Shown in pieces: positions 55,369 through 64,000 of a stretch of DNA of 64,000 bases; the stretch's first letter is position 1; each line of letters starts with the position of its first letter. The notes under the pieces were generated by a model. That model had not been told where the DNA came from and did not search any database. It saw only the letters and a list, made by a program, of their open reading frames with translations. Position numbers and translations under genes: made by a program. The stretch comes from Trichosphaerium sp. ATCC 40318 (lineage: Eukaryota; Protista; Tubulinea), in NCBI GenBank assembly GCA_038496445.1, contig JALMLS010000621.1, positions 1 to 64,000 on the forward strand. Direction: 5' to 3'.

Positions 55369-57793
55369 CTACTTTCGGCTTCCTGGAGGTGAAGCACCAT
55401 AAGAAGATGGAGCATCATCCTGTGCTGTAACATGCTTCGGAGCGCTATTATTACTTTGCCTAGGTTTAGATTTACGCTTATTTGATAATGACGGCATTGT
55501 AGGAATAGCTCCATACTGATAACTGGTAGGAGCATTATTTTTCTTCTTTTTTTCTGTAGTTTGATATCGATGTTGTCGTTGTTGTTTCTGTTTACGTTCA
55601 ACACCACTTCTACTTGGTGCCGTGCTACCACCATTTTTAATTGATGGAAATGCACCATATTCTTTAGTGTTTATTGGATTAACCTTATTGGGAGGTGCTT
55701 GAAAAGCGCCATACTGAGGACTTTTTGGAGGCTCAGTGTATTTCTTCTTTTTTTCTGTAGGTTGATATGGCACTGTGCTACCTCCATTTGTAACTGATGG
55801 AAACGCACCGTAATCATTGGCTTGTGTTGGCTTATATTTATTGGGAGGCGCTTGAAAAGCGCCATACTGAGGACTTTTTGGAGGCTCATTATTTTTCTTC
55901 TTTTTTTCTGTTTTGTATCGATGTTGTTGTTTTCTCTCCACTCCACCACTACTGCCTGGTACAGTATTACCACTATTAAGTGGTGGAAAGGCACCGTATT
56001 TCTGAGAGTCTATTCGTTTCTCCTCTTTCTTATTGATAGGAAAAGCACCAAAGGCTGGAGGTTTCTTTAATGTTGTATTGTTATTTGATGGAAAAACTCC
56101 ATAAGAAGAAGGCGATAAGTTAGGCTCAGATACCGCTTGAAAAGAACCATATACTTCTGTAATAGGTGGAATACTACAGTCACCTTCTGTATGACGACGT
56201 TCACCAGTAGTAGTTGGATTACGTAACTCAGAGAGTTTCTGAAGCTTGCTTCTTGTCGAAAAATTCAAACCTGCTACTAAAGACCTGGAACCTCCGTTTC
56301 TCTTTAACTTTGCAGCAGAATGAGATGGTGGTATACTACCATAGTTTATATTATCTCCAATACGCGAAGTAGGAGGTGCCGTAACACTCTTATTGTTTCG
56401 TGAAATACTATCGTTTCTACGAAAGAAATTTAAAAAAAAAAGGAAGGAGTTGGACTTTCTTTTCAATTTCTACGAAAATTAATGGTCGTACTGTGCGCTT
56501 GGTAAGTCATTTGTTGAAGGGAAGCTATGATAATAGCTAGGTTCTGTGCCTACCTTTTCAGGAAGAGCAGGTTTACAATCTTTCTCTCCAACCTTGTACA
56601 AGATTGTGAGCGAAACAATTGAAACCATATTTTTTGTTTCGAACAAAAGATTGTACCTTCGGAAAGGCGTAGTATGTAGTATCACCAGAAACAATAGGTC
56701 CTCCACCATCCATCAAATGACTTGGTTTTGATGTTATTCCGGTGTATGCACCGACTATCAACCAGTAGTTAAAATCCGATTTTTAAAAGCAATGAAAAAA
56801 AGAGTTTCTCAGAAAAAAAAAAGGTCATACCTCGTGTAAGTTGCACACAAGAGATATTGTCACATAGTGTATCTCCAGGTACAATATCACCTTTATCATT
56901 CCTAGTACTAATGTAAGCATAAACACATCTGTGAGAGTAGAAAAAAATTATCAATAAAAGTTTAAAGTTTGGTTGAGACCACATACTTAATCAACCAGTG
57001 TTTCATGTCTGCAGGTACTTTAAGAGCTAGAAATACATTAACATCACAATAAATAATCTCTTGTATAAGTGAGTTACCTTTGGACACGTGTTTTGATAAC
57101 GCAAAACTGACAGGGGCCCTTACATCGACTTGACATTCGATCGTTTCTCTTGTACCTTGAGTTAACTGAATAGTAAGTTGTTTAGTCACCTAATAGCTCC
57201 CAAGTAAGTATTGACTTTATATAGTAGAAAAACGTACAAAGGTTGCTGCTATTGTTATTTTAGAGCGTTTCTTTGAGTCTGAAAGACAAATCTTGAATTT
57301 ATTTTCGGAAGACTTGTAACCACTTAACAGCTCTTTGAAAGTAACATTTGAAGAGAAGAAAGACTTGGATAGTGAGTCCTAAGAGGATGTTTATGAGTGA
57401 TGGCAATATGTCTGTTGTATTACCTCATCTACTACTGATGCTGTGACACGAAAAGAAGTACCGTCAGAAGCTTGAAAAGTGAGTTTCTTTCGTATTTTGA
57501 AAATGTCGTTTTTTTGGACTTTGACATTCCCTGTCATTCCAATTGTATTAGAAACCTCCTTTATCAGCTCATCATCGCCTTTTTCGTTGATTAAGGAGTT
57601 CAAAGGGATTGGTTTAATTTTTTTTTGGTTAATAGCTACGCAAAGGCTTTTCCCTTGCGTTCTAGATGCAACAGACGATAAAAGAGTTTCTACCGTTAAA
57701 ACTAGCACAGTTTAATAGAAATCGCGTTATTATGTAGAAGTTACCTGCTAAAGTAACCCTATACGGTGCTCTGTCGTTGTCACCGCCCTCCAT
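55369..57793 (-). CDS. Hypothetical protein with globular N-terminus and disordered tail of repeated YGAF motifs, multi-exon
   Basis: Long last exon with about 10 YG[AVS][FI] motifs and an internal duplication (KKKK..EPPKSPQYGAFQAPPNK). Confidence 0.65.
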
Positions 57794-58073
57794 TCTAAAT
57801 GAAGGCTAATAACGATAATTTGCACCAAATCTACCTTCTTCGCCGTACTCACAGTGATAAGCTTGTGTACGCGTATCTAGTTCAGAAAGAAACTACTAAT
57901 TTAGTCAACGTAATTCGGAAAAAGTCTTTGTACGTTATTACACCAAACAAAGTCTTAGAAGTTGCAAACAACTCAAATTGATTATAAAAGTAACATAGTT
58001 TATTGTTTTTACATAAATACACGTGATAAAATGCTGTATACCCAAATTTGCTTAAAATTCAATCTTCGTCGTT

Positions 58074-59053
58074 CTAGTGCTTCAATAAACGGAAGATATG
58101 AGGCCAGTAGCTGTCTACAGGCTTGTAACGGCTAGGACAGTAACGTTAATAAAAATAGAAATTGTAGAGTATGAAAAAAAAAAAAAAATAAAGCTTACAC
58201 TTGTTCTCCGTTTAGCACTTTACAGTTATCATTATGCTTTCTCCATATACACATGAATTGATCTAATTGTCCATGATAACAGAAACAGCCAAGACCGGCC
58301 ACTATAAAGTGGTGTGAGTATTAATAAAAAACTAAGAAAAGAAAACCTAACGCCATTTTTCTTGAATTTGTAAAGTCAGAAAACAATTGTACCGGTCAGC
58401 CTGTACAAAACAAAACGAAGACAAATTACGTACTTCCAGATACCATCGGTGCCAGTGTGCCTCTAAGAGGGAGAGTTAAGAAAGATTTACGCCCACGTCC
58501 TACAAGAATAAGTAAGTGTACGCACAAGGGCTACTGAAGAGTATCGTGGTATTAAAAAGTGATTTGACGTCAATAAAAAGCCAAAAACGGCGCGTGTCAA
58601 ATAAACGAAACGATTTTTTAAAACCACGCATCAACGATGATGTCACACTTCAGGAGACCTCATAAGGCTGTTTTGAAGTATTTAAACTTTTAAGTGAGTT
58701 CCAGTCGTAGAAAATGACGTACTCATCCAGTATAGGACGAACCAACGCGTTGAGTAGCCATATACGCCTGCGCAACATCCTGCACGTAAAATTGTAAGCC
58801 AAAATGCCCCTAATTTGCACCAATCGCTTTTAAAACGCTTAGTAAACGCGAAATAGGCTATTTATGCGTACTGAGACGGATAAAAATCGCCAGGCATCGC
58901 TTGTAAACTAATGTGTTCAAGGAAGTTCTCGTCCTTGTCATCAACGTAGATTTGGTCTTGGGCAATGTCACCAAAACCACCAACACCATCATCAAAATCT
59001 TCTGCGCGTTCTAACTCACGTCTTTTACGCGGTGAACCGAATATTTTATCCAT
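58074..59053 (-). CDS. Hypothetical protein, multi-exon (model uncertain)
   Basis: MDKIFGSPRKRRELERAEDF.. first exon and several small GT-AG-bounded open exons. Confidence 0.4.
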
Positions 59054-59278
59054 TGCGTCAATGAATGAGGTTTATTGTGAAGTGTTTTTCTTAACGCTCA
59101 ACTTTTTTGCCACAAAAAGTCAACACGCCCGTATTATTTCACAAAAACAGCGTAATCCATACGCTTCATATTGGAGCTCACTCACTTATACTTCTAACGT
59201 AAGTTGCAGCGTTATTTTGTCACTTTCTTGAATGATTTTCGAAAAATGACGTTCTAAATCTAACCTTGGACCCAGAAT

Positions 59279-60787
59279 ATGCACTCACAGGAAGAGTTCT
59301 TACAAGTAGGCTCAAAATTTTATGCAGAACCATTCAACTCGGATTCATGGCTAAAAATGCCAATGTACGTCTATGAGAAAGCCGTACAATTACTATATAT
59401 GTACCAGTCAACGTTACTGAAGTTTATTCACCATTACATTTAGGAATGCGCTTGTAACCTTTCTCTACATAGGCGTGGGTGTACGTCATGCTCTTCTAAG
59501 CTATAAAATCTAATAAATTGGCCTCAGATTTATTGGATGATGAGGAACAAGAGCCAACAGGTTTACTTTACTATATACAGCATAATGGCAATACTATATG
59601 GCCCAATACAATTTTTTCGTATAGTCACACAACACAAACTACTGGCACTCGCTGATCGATGGGTACGCGTAATGTTAGCGAACAAACGCAATTTCAGTGG
59701 TCTCACAAGTTAGACCCCAAAATGTCTTTCAAAAAATACAAACAACCCCAAAACTATGTCCTAAGGCGCTTATCTCACTCTTGCTCAGCTTAGCTTGCCT
59801 TTCTTTGCCACAATATGGGCCTGGAATATAGGTATGTTCATCCTGTGATTAAGAGTATTGCAGTACTTGTCAACCATATAGCCTGTACTGCAATTTACGA
59901 ATTTGTTTGTTTTTGCTTGCTAACTTTTTACGAACAGGCATTTTTTTGAATTTTCGCGATAACAACGTGACATTGCTGTCAATTGCTCATATTCCATCTT
60001 TGATACTTTATGCATTTACTCTGGTATTTAATACAGGGTTTGGGGTACGTTATATTGGTAGATAACGAAAAGCCAGGCAGTTTTTTCGAATAGAAAATAC
60101 CAAACTGGTTTTTTTTTCGGGCTAAATATCACCCGTTTTATTTTTTTTAATTCGTTGCTTTTCAAATGCCTTTCTACGCGTGCGTGTTGTACGTGTAATT
60201 AATCTCTGTTTTTTTTTATGTAGCTTGCATTGTGGTTCAATGTTATCGTCACTGTTTTGTCCACGTTGATTACATTAACAATTGTTGAACGTCTTACACG
60301 AAGAGCTATGTTTCGCTATTTCTCATACTCACTGCTGAATTGCACAGGGTATGTCGGCTTTTTATAATTTTTTAAAAATGACGTAAACCGTGACATTTAA
60401 TAATCGACGAATTATAGCTTGCTCATTGCTAAATACGCTGACCATGCCATATCTGATTTTTCTCACATGATCTTCGGTACGCGTAAAATAAAAACACATT
60501 GCTCTACAAAACCCCAAAATTATACTCAGCGCTGTTACGTAACCTTGTGGCGATAATGACAGTGTTTTATTGAATTCCTTGTTTTTTTGTGAGCGCGTAG
60601 ACGATGTGTCTCTAATCGGTTTTTCTCTTCAGGAACAAAGCATATTTCTGGCCATTTGATATCTACTGTTTGTGCTGCTATACAGATTCATCTCGTTTTA
60701 AAGTTTTTTGAGACATATCATAAACGAGAACTACGGCCACGAAAGGCTCCTCACCGAACACACTCAAGATTCCTATGGACAGATTGA
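59279..60787 (+). CDS. TMEM187: TMEM187-family membrane protein, multi-exon
   Basis: YAEP..WLKMPMNALV, LYGPIQFFRIVTQ, ADRW, AKYADH and SGHLISTVCAAIQIH resemble TMEM187 motifs as I recall them. Confidence 0.7.
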
Positions 60788-61620
60788 GTTGTACACCAAA
60801 AACAAAACCAAACGTTTTTTTATTCCACAAAAAAGTCCTCACATGGCTTTTTTGTTTGAAGGTTGTTTTTATCAACCATCTTCTATTGTACAATCTTAAA
60901 TAAAAAACATTTTTCCAAAAAAGTCACAGGAGTTCAACGAGGCTCAAGTTCTTGGGACAGTTTAAACAATCTCGCTCAAACAAAACAAATCTTGATAGCT
61001 ACCCTTATGATGCTAAAACAGGCACGATAGCAAAGGCATATGTAATGCTCTTTAAAACCAAAAAAAAAACCAACTATCACTATTGCTGACACATGGTGGA
61101 CGCTGGCGCAAACCTCAAGCTCACCAAGTAAAAATACGGTGATTCCTCCATCCAACCGGTCTACAATACAAACAGATGTTCAGGTACGGTACGTTGCAGG
61201 TAAACGCTGAGCACCTAAACTGCAAAGAATAAACTTCACGTAGAACTAGTTTCATTTGCTTCGCGCGTAGCCACGTACTAAAATTACAGTGTAAAATAAA
61301 CGCTTGCAACAGCATCTGCGAACGCGAACAATTGCACGATTTATTCATAGATGCAACTACCGACTTCAAACGCAAAATTCTGTGAGGGCTCCCTCACGTG
61401 CCACGCCTTTATTTGTTTGGTGTGCCATTTCGCGTGCATTTCCTAAATTCTCTGAGGCGCATTTCTTTGTGGTGCCGATTCACTTTGTTTTCCTAATTCA
61501 GTAAAAAAAGCATGTTTTTATCAAAGTTATGAAAACTATCGGTTGGACGATTACCGCCAACTTGCTTCACTTAGTTCAACTTAACAGATTTCTTACCTCG
61601 TGCATTACTGTAACAAGACT

Positions 61621-62581
61621 ATGGCCAATTTATTTCGTACAATCGCTCGCTTTGCTAGAACTGCGTACAGAAAGTGTACTTTACAAGGTACGGGTTGGGC
61701 GACGATAATGTCGGCAAAGCCATTGGGAAGTAGTGAGAGGTGTCGTGTGTTAAAAGCGCGACGAAATGATAATGGACAGAGTGTAGCTCTCAAAATTATC
61801 GAAACGGCTAATAGAAGCACAGATGAGTATGAGGAGGACGCTGAGGCACTTGTAAGCACTTTTTCCTTTTATTAGGTTTTTATTTTTACACCAACCGGCA
61901 CAAATACTTACTCGACTTCTCTAGGAGCGCGAATATGACTTCGCAAGCAGTCTCAAGTGTAAAGGCGTTGTCAAACCCTTGAAGTTTCTGAGTGGTGACC
62001 ATGGAGTTGCGATAGCAATGCCTAGAGCTTATGGATCTGTGTTGGATGTGTTTGCCAATCCTTCAATCGACACTGTGGCGGTTGTAGCTGAGAGTACGTT
62101 ATCTACGCTCACACAACTACACAGAGAAGGTGTAGTGCATAACAACATCACGCCAGATAACATCTTGGTGTTCCCTTCAATGGACATAATGCTCACTGAT
62201 TTTGGCGCTTCTGGGTATGTAAAGGATACCAGAAAGCTCAAAACCTTTAAGGGCACTCCTGGTTATGTGTTGCCGTCTGTTGAGCGCAAAGGGTACACAA
62301 CGCAGAATGACCTTTACGCAGTCGGTGTGACGACAATGCGTATCGCATTAGGCGACGAATACGTGCCTTGCGATGAGTACTCTGGTGAAGGTGAGTTCGA
62401 GGTTAACCGCCTCTGCTTTCAAAAGTTGAAGGAAGTATTCCTGAAACGCTTTGAGCACTCGCTTCACCATGATGAGTGCTTGCTAGTCGATTTTGTTCAG
62501 GCTTGCCTGGAACCATCAACCGAGTATCAGAGTGCGTCGGATTTGATGGAACATGATTTCATCTCATTAGCGTATGACTGA
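61621..62581 (+). CDS. Ser/Thr protein-kinase-fold protein, probable pseudokinase; intron 61852-61924
   Basis: VALK, alphaC EREY, HNNITPDNIL, DFG, GTPGY, DLYAVG. Confidence 0.88.
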
Positions 62582-63764
62582 AGGTCGGTGTAGAATCTCT
62601 TGGGATGCCATTGTTTTTGGCAAAGGAGTTTTTTTTTCAGAGAGTTTTTTTAAATTGTAGGTGGGATCTTTGGTTTTGGGTTGTGGTATGAACCAAAGAT
62701 CTTCTCTCATTTCTCTCTATATTTATGTTTTTAAAGGGTACCCTTGTTGGTTTGGTATTGTGGGACGAACCAAAAGGGCTAGACCTAATTTTTTTTTTAT
62801 TTTTTATTGGATTACTTTTTTTATTTTTTAGGTGTTTTCTGTTTCCTTGATCGTATTGTGTGTGTGCGTGACAGGTTATTCTGTAACAGTTTGCCTCTTT
62901 AATAAAATAATTATTCGTTTGATAACATTGGAAGTTGTTGTTTGTTCATAGTCATTGCCATTCATCGTTGCATTCTCAGTTTTTTTTCTTGTCTTGTTTT
63001 CACAATTGAGCCATTCTATTTCAAAACTCATTGAAGTGTCATTATAAAACGTTGATAAATATATTGCATGCATATGAGACGATGCAAGAGAAGCGTAGAA
63101 TATCGCAGCTTTGAAAACAAATAAAAAAAGCATTATTGTTTGTACTTATTGTTACCTTGAGGCTTATTTTTTTGCACTCAACTGGTAGCTGCCAACAATC
63201 TTTATGTATTGTACATTGCTTTTTTTAATATTGCTGTAACCTTTTAAGGACGGGAAATCATACAGGCGTCCACCTCAGCCAGCTACTGCCGAGGTTTTGG
63301 GAGTTTTTGTTGGAATTGTCAATTCCTTTTTTTTTTTGTTTTGTTTTTCTCGCAGATGACAAATCTGCTGTCGAGAGAAAGTACCAAAGTATTTCTTTTT
63401 ATCATACCAAATACTTGATAGGAAAAAAATTGTGGTAACACCTAAAGTAGTCCACATATCCTCTGGGCACTGCTAAACACTCAAAACGTTGTTTTTCTCA
63501 TTGTTGCGTTTTGCAAATCAATCAGAAATTTGAACCACTTTTCGATCTTGCATCAAACACAAATACTCGAATTTCGATATAGACGTTTACTTTAGTACCC
63601 TTTTGGTTTATGTAACTGTACAAACGGCACTACAAGGATGCAAAAACCACAACGCCAAAAGCAAAGCGATTTGCAAGTGCTGCAAAAAACAATACCAAGT
63701 GCGTGCTCGGATAATTGCTTCAGCTTAGGTAGTAGTCAAAAAAAATGATAAGCGTTACACGCCT

Positions 63765-63970
63765 GTCAGAAGTATCTTGCAAAAGTACATTGTCCCATAA
63801 CATCCAGTCGCAGTGGGTTACAGCGTATCCATCGCAGTAGACTAAGCGTACAGAATGCATGTCTTTCTACATCCTTGACAAGTCAGTGTCGATCCAGAGG
63901 TTGTAGTGTTGGCACAAATAATCGATAGGCATGAAACAACACAGATGAGGGTTACAGAAGTACGTGTCAT
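63765..63970 (-). pseudogene. Truncated, frameshifted paralog of the Cys-rich secreted gene at 26054
   Basis: ATGACACGTACT..TCTGGATCGACACTGACTTGTCAAGGATGTAGAAAGACATGC, with indels; then jumps to sequence matching ~27340. Confidence 0.85.
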
Positions 63971-64000
63971 CTTGTTTTAGGGTTATCGTCAATTGTCATG

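Larger units (their letters stand above)
60945..64000. repeat. Duplicated cassette, copy 2 (runs off the window end)
   Basis: Inverted homology to 26010-30237. Confidence 0.85.

Overview
AT-rich, intron-dense eukaryotic (protist-like, probably amoeboid) genomic DNA using the standard genetic code. Recognisable host genes are a Trm10-type tRNA methyltransferase, a WW/FF splicing factor (TCERG1/Prp40-like) with a tRNA-Asn inside one intron, a GATA factor, a 2xRRM protein, U6 snRNA, an ML/NPC2 lipid-binding protein, a P2C Na+/K+-ATPase alpha subunit, a small-Tim-like protein, TMEM187, F-box/LRR genes and several surface proteins. Three structures stand out. (1) A nested transposon: a 12.6-kb multi-gene EnSpm/CACTA-type element (CAGTACT termini, 2-bp TSD, 3-4 cargo genes) splits the transposase of a 1.1-kb PIF/Harbinger-like element, which appears to sit in a host intron. 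(2) A duplicated pseudokinase cassette; in one copy the 3' half is inverted between 83-bp inverted repeats that differ only at synonymous sites, so re-inversion would restore the gene. (3) An unannotated GC-rich candidate Sm-class RNA with a U1-like cloverleaf and a 5' ACUAACCUG. All exon structures and folds were worked out by eye; no database searches were run.
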